A stretch of 64,000 nt of DNA, taken from positions 9,671 through 73,670 of the IMG/VR virus record IMGVR_UViG_3300042569_002607. One strand, given 5' to 3'. The stretch is from a virus. Of the stretch, positions 47,347 through 56,644 are shown in pieces (positions within the stretch are counted from its first letter, which is position 1; every line of letters starts with the position of its first letter). The translations under genes and the position numbers were made by a program. The notes below the pieces were generated by a model that was given only the letters and a program-made list of their open reading frames with translations, was not told where the DNA came from and made no database searches.

Positions 47347-48683
47347 CGGTGCCTATTCGCCATCGTACCTGCGTGTTCCCCGGCTGCGGCCTCAGCTTCG
47401 ATCCGCCGGCGGAGCCGTTGGAGCACGAAGGGCATCTGTTCTGTGGCCAGCATCGGATCGGGGGACAGATGTTCCTGAAGCGCGGCTGGTCGCTCGACCT
47501 GCTGGTGCACTGGCCACGTTGCCGGTGGTGTCGCACGGTGCTGCCGCAGAAGCGCTATGAGCACTACATCGACGACGGCTGGGAGCCGGGCGGCTACGTC
47601 TACTGCGACGCGCACGCCGTCATCGAAGGCCGTGACCCGGAACTCATTGCGCTGCGGGGGCTCGATGAAGCGTCCGCGATCGACGAGATCTCTGACGAGA
47701 AGCTCGTCCGGTTCCCCCAAGCCGCGTTACATCGACTCGCCGGCCCCATGGCGCCGGGGCGTCTGTGCTACGTCTGCGCGTTCAGCGGGGGCGGCAAGAC
47801 CGTGTCCGTCACGAACTGGATCTGGCATTGGGTGAAGGTGGCGGGGCTTCGCGTGCACTACCTGCCGACGGAAGGCAGCATCGGCGAGGTGCTCACGCGC
47901 TTCGCGTGCTTTCTGGCGGGTGCCGACGCGGACGAGGCGCTGTCGTATCGCTACCGCGATGCGGAACGAGCCGGCGACGTGCGGGCGAAGATCATGCGCC
48001 AGGAGATTGCGCTGGCCCGGGAAGAGTTGCGCCGTGATCGCGAGTTCCTCACGAACCTACGCATCGATCCCATTGAGACGCTCACCCCGTCCAGCTTTCG
48101 CACCGCGATTGAAGCGACGCGCGTCATGGAGAGCGAGCTCCTCATTGTGGATCATGTGGACCACATGGAGTCTGATGCCGATGATCAGCACCCCGACATC
48201 GTCATCTCAAACCGCGTGCAAATGATGGCGCTGCGCGCGGCGAAATCGCTGAACATTCCGGTCCTCGCGTTGTCGCAACTCAACAGTCGGTATGCCGGGG
48301 CTGGGCAAGATCCGCTGGTGAAGTTCCGCCCGCCATCGCCTGACTGGATGTACAACAAGGGCAAGAAGGAAATGCTCGGGGCGCAGATCATCGGACTGCA
48401 TCGCGTCCTCGATCCGCGGGCGGACCCGAGCGCGCTGCGCAAGGTCCGCAACCGCGAGCTCGATCCATGGCGCGTGAGCTTGCCCAACGTGATGGGGTGC
48501 TCGGACATGAAGTTTCGCTTCGGCCGTGGCACCGCGCGCGGCACCGTGCTGCTGCAGTACGCCGAAGGTCGCCTCAGCGACATGCCGCAGGACTTGTTCG
48601 ACCTCGCTGACGACGCGGCCACACCGCCACCAACCGCGCCGACTCCCGCCGCTCCCGACCCTCTCGCTTGGATTCACGATTGA
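47343..48683 (+). CDS. DnaB-like (SF4) helicase with Cys/His-rich N-terminus
   Basis: SGGGKT, LIVDHV, IPVLALSQLN and K.R.G motifs. Confidence 0.82.
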   Translation: MTVPIRHRTCVFPGCGLSFDPPAEPLEHEGHLFCGQHRIGGQMFLKRGWSLDLLVHWPRCRWCRTVLPQKRYEHYIDDGWEPGGYVYCDAHAVIEGRDPELIALRGLDEASAIDEISDEKLVRFPQAALHRLAGPMAPGRLCYVCAFSGGGKTVSVTNWIWHWVKVAGLRVHYLPTEGSIGEVLTRFACFLAGADADEALSYRYRDAERAGDVRAKIMRQEIALAREELRRDREFLTNLRIDPIETLTPSSFRTAIEATRVMESELLIVDHVDHMESDADDQHPDIVISNRVQMMALRAAKSLNIPVLALSQLNSRYAGAGQDPLVKFRPPSPDWMYNKGKKEMLGAQIIGLHRVLDPRADPSALRKVRNRELDPWRVSLPNVMGCSDMKFRFGRGTARGTVLLQYAEGRLSDMPQDLFDLADDAATPPPTAPTPAAPDPLAWIHD

Positions 48684-48701
48684 ACCGGCACGACTGCACC
48701 C

Positions 48702-49664
48702 ATGCCTAACCTCTGCATCATCCCCGCGCGCGCACTCGCCGACGACCGCGTCACTCCGACCCAACTCCGCGTTCTCCTGGCGGTAGGCACCTTCACGTCC
48801 CGCGACGGCGGCGGCGTGTGGGCGAGCAACGCCACCATTGCGGACGTGGCCGGCCTTCATGTGCGACACATGCGAGACGCCCTCAAGGCGCTCGTCAGCT
48901 TTGGCTATGTCCGCAAAATTGCTCGCCCAGGACGCACCGCCATTATGGCCATCGTCCTCGATGACCCCCTCGAACCACCCTGCACAGAATCCGTGCAGAC
49001 CCGAAAAGTGAAGCCTTCGGCACCCTGCACAGAATCCGTGCAGACCACCTCGCACGAGATCGGTGCACCCGGGTGCACGAAATCGGTGCACCAAACGACC
49101 TCCTTAGCGGCCCCAGTGAACGAGATCCTTTCAGCTGACGCTGAAAGGCCATCAGTCGGCGTAGACCCCGCAATGGTGTTTGACCTCGCCGAGGATGACG
49201 AACTGGTGGCCCCACCGATCGACAAGCGAGCCGTAGAAGCGCCGCCCAGACGCCGCGCACCAGCGAAGCCGAAACCGCCCGCGCAGTTCCCGCACTTCAC
49301 GCCGGAGCTTCGTGGACAGCTTCTCACGATTTGGGAAGAGGGCGTGCGTCCATTGGCCAACGGGGAGCACGGGCGACTGTTCGCGACGTTCGGCCCCTTC
49401 TTCCGGATGCCGGAAGCTGAGCGCCCCCCAGAGCATCCGCGCGACGCCGAGGTCATGGCAGCGCTCATGGAAATTCTTTCTGCTCGGGCCGATGGCTTAG
49501 GGGGCGACAAATACGGGTCCCCAACGTTCGCCGCTGAGAAGATCCGGCCAGTAGTCCACATCCTCCGAGAATGCACGTACGACCCTGCTGCTCGTCTCGA
49601 ACGTGTTGATCGCGCGCTTGGGCTACGCCGTCACCCGTCAGCTGGTGGACCTTCGTTTCGCTAG
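48702..49664 (+). CDS. replication initiator (N-terminal HTH)
   Basis: IIPARAL.D, WAS..TIA...G HTH; internal iterons. Confidence 0.8.
   Translation: MPNLCIIPARALADDRVTPTQLRVLLAVGTFTSRDGGGVWASNATIADVAGLHVRHMRDALKALVSFGYVRKIARPGRTAIMAIVLDDPLEPPCTESVQTRKVKPSAPCTESVQTTSHEIGAPGCTKSVHQTTSLAAPVNEILSADAERPSVGVDPAMVFDLAEDDELVAPPIDKRAVEAPPRRRAPAKPKPPAQFPHFTPELRGQLLTIWEEGVRPLANGEHGRLFATFGPFFRMPEAERPPEHPRDAEVMAALMEILSARADGLGGDKYGSPTFAAEKIRPVVHILRECTYDPAARLERVDRALGLRRHPSAGGPSFR
48976..49092 (+). repeat. origin iterons
   Basis: Exact 26-bp repeat at 48976 and 49021 plus two variants; core (T)GCAC-N7-GTGCA. Confidence 0.8.
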
Positions 49665-49672
49665 ACCTGTCA

Positions 49673-49688
49673 TTGCGGGTTTGGCACG
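49673..49688 (+). repeat. dispersed 16-bp motif (exact)
   Basis: TTGCGGGTTTGGCACG, 8 bp after the initiator stop. Confidence 0.85.
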
Positions 49689-49799
49689 CTCTACACGTCC
49701 CACCTCACACCACTCCGAGATCCCGATGACGACGTTTCACGAGTTTCTGCAAACCACAGCGCCCACGACACGCGATACGCGCTACGTGGAGGTCCTGGC

Positions 49800-50054
49800 A
49801 TGAAAAACAAACTGACCGATCTGAACGACCTCCTCTTTGCGCAGCTCGAACGGCTGGCCAGTGACGACCTTGACGCGGAGCAGATCACGCAAGAAGTGCA
49901 GCGGGCGACGTCCATGGTGCAGATTGCCGACCGCATCGTGGATACCGCCCGGCTGCAACTCGACGGTGCCAAGTTCGTGGCCGATCATGGCGGGAAGTTG
50001 GCGCAGCTGCCGGCCACGATGGCGATCCCCGCGACGACCGGGCCCAAGGCATGA
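49800..50054 (+). CDS. conserved phage protein
   Basis: MKNKLTDLN..LFAQLERL, usually paired with a downstream HNH. Confidence 0.8.
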   Translation: MKNKLTDLNDLLFAQLERLASDDLDAEQITQEVQRATSMVQIADRIVDTARLQLDGAKFVADHGGKLAQLPATMAIPATTGPKA

Positions 50055-50887
50055 AGGGCCGACACATCGCGTACCGCGCGGACGAGCTCGCGTTCATCCA
50101 AGCGCGGCAGGCAGAGTCCCGTCAGGCGATTCATGAGGCCTTCGTGATCGCGTTCGGTCGGACCGATGTGGCCGTGACGCACATCAAAGCGCTCTGCACT
50201 CGCATGGGGTGGACGTCTCGCGCGCCGTACACGCCGGACGAGGATGCCATCATTCGCGCGAGGTATGCCGACTCCCCTACCGAGGCGGTGGCGCGGGCCA
50301 TCGGGCGAACCACGCGGTCGGTGTACCACCGGGCGCGGCAGCTTCACCTGACGAAGTCGGCCGCGTTTCTGGCCAGTGCGCAATCCGGTCGCCTCACGCC
50401 AGGCGATTCCCGTGGCGCGAGCACCCGTTACGCCAAGGGGCAGACACCGGCCAACAAGGGCGCGAAGCGTCCCGCCGGATGGGCACCTGGACGGATGCGG
50501 GAAACCCAGTTCTCCGCGGACGCGCAAAGCTGGAATACCCAACCCGTCGGCGCCGAGCGCATTATCGGCGGCTACCGCTGGACGAAGGTCCGCGACGAAC
50601 GCCGCGTGCGGTGGGATCAGAACTGGCGGCAGACGCATATCCTCTCGTGGGAATCTGTCCACGGACCGATCCCAAGCGGCTGGTGCCTGAAGTGCCTTGA
50701 CAGTAATCGCCTCAACTGCGATCCGAGCAACTGGCATCTGATCGAGCGCGGCGTCCTCCCGCTCATCAACGGCGGCAAGGGCTCCCGACTCAGCTACGAT
50801 CACGCGCCCGAGGATCTCAAGCCGACCGTCCTCGCCGTCGCCAAACTCCGCCGTGCGGCGAAGCAGCGACGCGGGCAACCGGCATGA
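50051..50887 (+). CDS. HNH endonuclease-like protein
   Basis: KGQTPANKG; H...WE..HGPIP.G...D.NRLN....N. Confidence 0.8.
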   Translation: MKGRHIAYRADELAFIQARQAESRQAIHEAFVIAFGRTDVAVTHIKALCTRMGWTSRAPYTPDEDAIIRARYADSPTEAVARAIGRTTRSVYHRARQLHLTKSAAFLASAQSGRLTPGDSRGASTRYAKGQTPANKGAKRPAGWAPGRMRETQFSADAQSWNTQPVGAERIIGGYRWTKVRDERRVRWDQNWRQTHILSWESVHGPIPSGWCLKCLDSNRLNCDPSNWHLIERGVLPLINGGKGSRLSYDHAPEDLKPTVLAVAKLRRAAKQRRGQPA

Positions 50888-51168
50888 CGATGACGGATGG
50901 TCAGATTCAACTCGCCACCCTCGTGCTGGTGCATGGCGGGGTGTACACGATCGAGTTGCAGGGCGGCGCGCAGTATCACGGCGTGCGGTGGGACCGCCCG
51001 CTGCTGTCGTTCATGCTGAATGCCAGAGGCGGCGTCCCGCTGCGATTCACCGAGCGGGTGCGACGGACCGACGACGACGCGCTCTGGTTCGACTACGCGC
51101 AACTCCGGATGGCGGCGGTGCCCGTGCCGGCGTCACCTGACGCCGCCGCCCTCGTCCGGCGAGGCTGA
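50884..51168 (+). CDS. hypothetical protein
   Basis: ATGA coupling. Confidence 0.5.
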   Translation: MTMTDGQIQLATLVLVHGGVYTIELQGGAQYHGVRWDRPLLSFMLNARGGVPLRFTERVRRTDDDALWFDYAQLRMAAVPVPASPDAAALVRRG

Positions 51169-51169
51169 G

Positions 51170-51451
51170 GTGCAGTACCGTCTGTGCTCGTCCCGCCGCG
51201 TCCAGCCGTTGCCGGTGGATGCGCCCGCGTGGAGCTTGGCGGAGCGCATGTTCGCCGGTTCGTGGGCGTGCGAGTTCCGATCGATCGAAGAGGCGAGCGT
51301 GGCCGAGGTGCTCTGGCAGGCCGGTCTCGTGGTGCGGCTTGAGCACTTGCCGGGACCGCGGCGGGTGCGGTACACCCTGTCCCAGGCCGGCGCGGCCGCA
51401 GTCCGCGATCGCGTGTACGGCCCCGTACTCCCCGTGCAGAATCTGCGCTGA
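51170..51451 (+). CDS. hypothetical protein
   Basis: GTG after upstream stop; wHTH-wing-like C-terminus. Confidence 0.45.
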   Translation: MQYRLCSSRRVQPLPVDAPAWSLAERMFAGSWACEFRSIEEASVAEVLWQAGLVVRLEHLPGPRRVRYTLSQAGAAAVRDRVYGPVLPVQNLR

Positions 51452-51457
51452 TACCTC

Positions 51458-51473
51458 TTGCGGGTTTGGCACG
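51458..51473 (+). repeat. dispersed 16-bp motif (exact)
   Basis: TTGCGGGTTTGGCACG, 6 bp after a stop. Confidence 0.85.
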
Positions 51474-51556
51474 GCAGACACATTATTGCGCAGGACGCTC
51501 CACCGCGCGGGACATGCCACCACCGTGATCCGCGTCGACCCTTCTCCCGAGTCGCA

Positions 51557-51817
51557 ATGCCTATGACCTCCGAGCGTGCCAAACCCGCATTCTCACACCG
51601 CGCCGACGGTGTGCTCTCCGACGAGAGCGCGGCGGTGACCTTAGCCGAGTTTGAGCGCTGGCGCTCCCTCGCGGGCGTTGGCGCGCCCGTCCAGTTTCCG
51701 CAGGCGCTTGGGGTCGCACTCCTCGATCTCGCGATTGCCGAGCTCCGCGCGTATCGCGCTCAGGCGGCGCTGTCCGCCATCGTGCGCGGCGAAGCGCGAC
51801 CGACCACGGTGCCATAG
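51557..51817 (+). CDS. hypothetical protein
   Basis: ORF after motif-containing intergenic region. Confidence 0.5.
   Translation: MPMTSERAKPAFSHRADGVLSDESAAVTLAEFERWRSLAGVGAPVQFPQALGVALLDLAIAELRAYRAQAALSAIVRGEARPTTVP
51575..51590 (-). repeat. dispersed 16-bp motif (1 mismatch, inverted)
   Basis: CGTGCCAAACCCGCAT; forms an inverted pair with 51458. Confidence 0.75.
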
Positions 51818-52275
51818 CACGTGGGCGACAGTCTCCGGCTCGTCAGTGCGAGTGTCGACGCGCTGCTGGCGGCGGCGACGATCAATCGTGCCCTCGAGCG
51901 CGTGCAACAGGCGTCGCGGTTGTTTGGGGGCCGTCCCCATGCGTGATCGCCTTCCCGTGCTCCTCCTCGCGCCGTGGTGGCCATATGCCGTCGCGGTCGC
52001 GTGCCTGATCATCGCCGTGATCGTGTCGTCGCGCCATCGCGAAACCGCGCGTCGCGAACTACAGCGGTTCACCGCGCGCATTCCTCGGAAGGGCGCATGG
52101 CGCGTATGACCCGAGGCGACACGGCCGCGCGCTTAGCGGCCGCGGACGAGGCCGCGCGCGAGGAACGGTTCGATCGCTTTATGGTGCGATTCCTCGCCGT
52201 GTGTGTTTCAGGGTTCGTACTGCTGGCTCTGTTGCTGGTGGTGCGCGCCGTGATCTTGGCGTGGAGTGTGGCGCC

Positions 52276-52809
52276 ATGAGTCGCGTCCCGCCCATCGACG
52301 CGTTGGCCACTCGCGTCGTTCCGGTCATCCTTGGTAGCCCCGGGCTGCCGACGTGCGCGTACCGCGCGCGCGTGCCTGGTGCCTCGGAGCGTTCCCTGTA
52401 CCGCGCGCTCGCCCGGTTGCGCGATCGCGGCGTCGTGCGAAGCGAACGAGCGCTGACGCGCAGAAGCGATGCCGTGCGGTGGTATCCGACGCCGCTCGCG
52501 CTGACCTACACCAGCGAGATTGTGGGGGAGGCGTCTCGCTTACGCGCAAGCATGATGGAGCTGATGGCGGACGGTGTCTGTCGCGCGCTGCGCGAGACGG
52601 CGGACGCCCTCCGCGTGCCGGTTCCCCGCGCCTATCGCGCGCTGTACGATCTGAGTCGCACGGGGGCGGTGGTGCGGGTCGGCGAAGGCCGAGGCTCACG
52701 GTGGGTTGCCACCGATGTGGACGAGCCGTTTGTGCCGCAGCCGTACATGACAAGTCTTCGCGCCCAGGTGCTTCGGTTGCCGCCGGCGTCGAACGGACGG
52801 CGGGCATGA
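52276..52809 (+). CDS. tandem winged-HTH protein
   Basis: Two YRAL..L...G.V repeats. Confidence 0.6.
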   Translation: MSRVPPIDALATRVVPVILGSPGLPTCAYRARVPGASERSLYRALARLRDRGVVRSERALTRRSDAVRWYPTPLALTYTSEIVGEASRLRASMMELMADGVCRALRETADALRVPVPRAYRALYDLSRTGAVVRVGEGRGSRWVATDVDEPFVPQPYMTSLRAQVLRLPPASNGRRA

Positions 52810-53336
52810 AGGCGACGTGTCCAGGTTGCCACGGTGCGGTGCGTACCGCGCGTGACGCCACTGGCGCCCCTGAGATGCGCTACTGCGTGACGTGCGGAGA
52901 TCGCAGCTACGTCAATGCTGATGGGAAGTGGTCGCCGTATGCCAGCGATACGCTCTGGCGTCAGCGGTTCCTCACGCGGCGGTATGTGGATGCGTGGATC
53001 AAGGGCGATGCGGAGCGGAGCGGACGCTCCGTGAAATCTTCACGTGCAGCGGTCATGGCCGCACTCGCCCCGTTGTTCGCCGACCATCGCGTGCCCCACT
53101 GGCACACGTGGAGCGCCACAGCGTGCGACACGATCACGCGCGTGGCCATAGTGCGCGTCACTCAGGTGGCTGACGCGATCGTGTCTGGCCCCGAGCGCTT
53201 TGGGTTGCATGTGGCGCGCGCGAAGCAGAGCCGGTGGCCGCGCGCCATGATGGCGTGGTTGCTCTTCCGAGATCGTGCCCGGGTCGCCCTTGCGCGGTGG
53301 ACGACGCGCACACGCCTCACCGACGGCGTTGACTGA
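52806..53336 (+). CDS. Zn-ribbon hypothetical protein
   Basis: CPGC and CVTC. Confidence 0.55.
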   Translation: MKATCPGCHGAVRTARDATGAPEMRYCVTCGDRSYVNADGKWSPYASDTLWRQRFLTRRYVDAWIKGDAERSGRSVKSSRAAVMAALAPLFADHRVPHWHTWSATACDTITRVAIVRVTQVADAIVSGPERFGLHVARAKQSRWPRAMMAWLLFRDRARVALARWTTRTRLTDGVD

Positions 53337-53734
53337 TGCCGCGCGATACGCGTCCCCTGCGTCCGATCGTGCGCACGCAGCTTGAGCGCCTGCTCGCCGT
53401 CAGTCCCGACGGCCGCACGATCACGGAGTTGCGCGCCTTCCTCGTGACGCAGCGTCCGGCGTCACGCGACACGATCGCTCGCGTGCTGGCGGATCTCGTC
53501 GCCGAGGCCTTGGTGCACCCCACCAGCGAACCCGCGTGGCGGCGTCGCGTCCGCACGCGCCTCACCGCGCCCGCGCGCCGATCCCTCCGGGGCCGTGCGC
53601 ATGTGCTGTACGTCCCCACCCGTGCGCTGCACGACCGTGTGCGCTCGTGGTTTTTGCTCGAGGCGCCGACTGACGCCTCAGCGGTTTCTCACCCTGCACA
53701 CTCTGAGGTCGTAGTCGATGGCGAACACGTTTGA
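53336..53734 (+). CDS. winged-HTH-like protein
   Basis: G.TITEL...SRDTIARVL.DL. Confidence 0.5.
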   Translation: MPRDTRPLRPIVRTQLERLLAVSPDGRTITELRAFLVTQRPASRDTIARVLADLVAEALVHPTSEPAWRRRVRTRLTAPARRSLRGRAHVLYVPTRALHDRVRSWFLLEAPTDASAVSHPAHSEVVVDGEHV

Positions 53735-54479
53735 CTTCACGCCGTTTGATCGGCAGCTGCTGAAACTCGCGGCCGAGTCGGCGTCGGCGGTGGCGAAGAC
53801 GGCGAAGAAGGCGGCGCAAAAGGCGTATCTCACCGCCGCCGAATCCGAAGCGCATGAGATGGAAGGGTACGCGGACGAGGCGATCCGCTTTCTGAACAAT
53901 CCCGACGGCATCGTGGAAGAGAGTGCGACCGACGACGCCACCGAGGAGGAGCGCAAGGAGGCCGTGCAACTGATGTTCGGCCATCGCGCGGCTCTCCGCG
54001 TCGGTTGTCTCATCCTGATCAAGGATGCCGAAGGGTTGATCGAAAAGCAGACCGAGATCTTTGCCGACTCCGACGGGACGCACGAACGCGTGAAGGATTT
54101 CCGTCGGCTCGAGTCTCGGCTGCGTGGCATGAACAGCGATCAGACCGAGCTGCCGCTCCCAATCAAGGATCCCGACGCCGCCCCGTCCGAGGCCGCTGCC
54201 GACGAGGACGCGGAGATCACCGACGGTCCGCTCGGCCCGTTCGATGCGCCGCCCGTTGCCGCGCCGCTGGCCCTTGGCTCTGGGACCGCGGATCCCATCG
54301 ACATCCCCGATGCCGAATTCGAAATCCTCGACGAGGAGGATGAAGAGGACGACGAGGCGGACGACGTGGCCACGGTCAGCGCCCCAATGCAGCGCGAGGA
54401 CGTCGAAGCCTGGTTGAACGAACCGCTTCGCACGACACCGCATGAGGACGACGATGACGACGATGATCTCACACACTGA
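53718..54479 (+). CDS. protein with very acidic C-terminus
   Basis: GAGG RBS; D/E runs. Confidence 0.7.
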   Translation: MANTFDFTPFDRQLLKLAAESASAVAKTAKKAAQKAYLTAAESEAHEMEGYADEAIRFLNNPDGIVEESATDDATEEERKEAVQLMFGHRAALRVGCLILIKDAEGLIEKQTEIFADSDGTHERVKDFRRLESRLRGMNSDQTELPLPIKDPDAAPSEAAADEDAEITDGPLGPFDAPPVAAPLALGSGTADPIDIPDAEFEILDEEDEEDDEADDVATVSAPMQREDVEAWLNEPLRTTPHEDDDDDDDLTH

Positions 54480-54501
54480 CCCCTGCCCCCGGAGACCCGC
54501 C

Positions 54502-54753
54502 ATGCCCGCATCCCCCACGCGCCCTGTCCGGGCGCTTCTCTTGACGCCGGTCCAGCGTGGCCGATTGATGACGTCGATCGGTCGCCGGCTGTCCGTCGCC
54601 TGGGCGCGGGTCGACGCCACGACGCTGCAGCTCTGTGGCGTTCATCTCACGCGTGAGGAGGCCCGCCAGCACAAGTCGAGCACTGAGCGCATCATTCGCG
54701 CGGATCTTCGCGTGAAGGGACTGCGCGTTTCTCGGCAGGCGCCCAAGCCATGA
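54502..54753 (+). CDS. hypothetical protein
   Basis: GGAG RBS; coupled to next gene. Confidence 0.5.
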   Translation: MPASPTRPVRALLLTPVQRGRLMTSIGRRLSVAWARVDATTLQLCGVHLTREEARQHKSSTERIIRADLRVKGLRVSRQAPKP

Positions 54754-55217
54754 GTACGAAGTCCCCTTCCCGCGCGCGTGTCACCCCGCGCGCACCAAAG
54801 AAGCCGCACGTCATCGATCCGGTATTCGCCGACGCGCTCACCGCGCTGGTGGCCGCGGGGGCGAAGCGCGCGCTCGCGGAGTATCAGCCGGCGCCCATGT
54901 CGAACGCGATCGCTGGCACGCTTGGGGTTGGTGTGACGAACGTCCGCACCAACGAGATCTACGACGCACCGCTCGGTCTAGGCGATCTGCTCGGCCGACT
55001 TGAAGGCGTGCGTGAGCGCTTGTGCTCCGTCAGTGGCCAGCTCTCGGTATCGGTCGAGCGGATGACCGGTCGCACGATCACCCCACGTCTGCTGGGGCAG
55101 GACATCGCGCCAAAGGAAAGCGGACAGCTCGGCCGCGCACACGCCCTCGTCAGCGAGTGCTTTGCCGTGCTGGACATGTTGGACGAGCTCGCGGCCTCCA
55201 CGGCGGCGCTCCTCTGA
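54750..55217 (+). CDS. hypothetical protein
   Basis: Coupled at both ends. Confidence 0.55.
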   Translation: MSTKSPSRARVTPRAPKKPHVIDPVFADALTALVAAGAKRALAEYQPAPMSNAIAGTLGVGVTNVRTNEIYDAPLGLGDLLGRLEGVRERLCSVSGQLSVSVERMTGRTITPRLLGQDIAPKESGQLGRAHALVSECFAVLDMLDELAASTAALL

Positions 55218-55603
55218 TGCCCACGCTGTACCTTGCCGGCCCGATGCGTGGGCTGCCGAAGCACAACGCCCCCGCGTTCGATGACGCAGCGCGTCGACTG
55301 CGCGCGCTGGGCTTTGGCGTGATCAACCCCGTTGACGTGTGCGCCATCCTGGGACTCGCGCCCGGTGCGCATCCGCCGCAGGACTACCTCCGCGCGGACA
55401 TCGGACAGTTGGCCACGCGTGCGTCGGGCATCGCCCTGCTCCCCGGGTGGGAGACGTCTGTCGGGGCGCGCTGTGAAGCCGCCATCGCCATCACGTTGGG
55501 GTTGCCGTTCTTCGATGCGCTCACGGGAAGGCCGATCGATACACCGACGGTGACGATCTCGCACGGCTACGAGGCAGACGAGACGCCGGTGGCGCCGATA
55601 TGA
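55217..55603 (+). CDS. DUF4406 / nucleoside deoxyribosyltransferase-like protein
   Basis: YLAGPMRG, VINP and LPGWETSVGARCE motifs. Confidence 0.85.
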   Translation: MPTLYLAGPMRGLPKHNAPAFDDAARRLRALGFGVINPVDVCAILGLAPGAHPPQDYLRADIGQLATRASGIALLPGWETSVGARCEAAIAITLGLPFFDALTGRPIDTPTVTISHGYEADETPVAPI

Positions 55604-55807
55604 GCCGCCGCGCGTATCAAGCCCGACGCAGTCAGCTGCAGCACCGCGCGGCGCGCAACGATGGCGCCGGTCTCGCGCTGGGCCGGTGTCTTGTGTGCGA
55701 CGAGCGGCGTCCGCTCATCGTGCATACGGGGTTGTGTCAGGAGTGCACGACGCACGAGGATCTCGCGCTGCGGAATCAGTTCCCTGACGCGGGGCACGGG
55801 GGGCACC

Positions 55808-56404
55808 ATGCGCGCGCCTAAGTTCGTGCCGGGCGCGACGGCCCTGAAAGCGGCCCGCGGCGCGACGCAACGCGCCGGCGGCAAGCGCACGGAGTCCATG
55901 CTGGACCGCACGCACGAGACGTATCACGCGCGCGGGACGGCGGAGATTGTGCACCTGCATCCGCCGGTGTTCGGGGCGCCAGGCGCCATGAACTTCAGCG
56001 GGAAGGGCCACGTCGATTACATGGGGGTGCTCGCGGGGGGGCGCTGCCTCGCCTTCGATGCGAAGGGCGTGACCGGGGCGGCGACCCTGAAGGTGCCGGT
56101 CGAGCTGCCGCTGTCGCACAAGCACCACGCGCGCAGTGTGCGCGATCGTCGGCGCCTGTTGGATCAGGCCGCGTTGCTGCGCTCGATCCAGAAGCTCGGC
56201 GGCGTGGCGGCGTTCCTCTGTCTGGACGTGACCCGAGCGCGCGCGTGGGTGATGACCGACGTGGCCCGCATCGCGCGGGGCGAGGATGTGAAGTTGCGCG
56301 AGCGCGATCAGGACTTGTGGCCGGCGGTGGCATTCGCGTCGCCGGCTGAGATCGCACGCGGCGCCCCGATGATCGACTACCTCAGCGTGTGGCCGGACCT
56401 ATGA
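55808..56404 (+). CDS. RecU-like Holliday junction resolvase
   Basis: VDYMG...G...AFDAK...Q...L....GG.A. Confidence 0.7.
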   Translation: MRAPKFVPGATALKAARGATQRAGGKRTESMLDRTHETYHARGTAEIVHLHPPVFGAPGAMNFSGKGHVDYMGVLAGGRCLAFDAKGVTGAATLKVPVELPLSHKHHARSVRDRRRLLDQAALLRSIQKLGGVAAFLCLDVTRARAWVMTDVARIARGEDVKLRERDQDLWPAVAFASPAEIARGAPMIDYLSVWPDL

Positions 56405-56644
56405 CCACCTCCGTGAACCCCATCCCACGGGCGCGGAAGGCCGGCACGTGGTACGTCGTGCGCGATGCGCGCGGCGAGATCCGCCACACGGGGCGTACCA
56501 AGCGCGACGCGCTGGCGCCGTACATCGGCAGTCTGACGAAAACCGAGGTGAAGGGGCGCCGGCGCGGGGTCATGCCCGACGCGCCCACGCTGCGGAAATC
56601 GCGCGTTTGGCTGTTCCTGTTCCGCCACGGCTAGCGGTGCACCT

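Noticed and set aside
14656-51590. Canonical sigma54 promoters at TGGCACG sites
   Set aside because: No TTGC -12 element at the strict GG-N10-GC spacing
46969-51590. CRISPR array from the 16-mer copies
   Set aside because: Copies are kilobases apart, in both orientations, and no cas genes are seen
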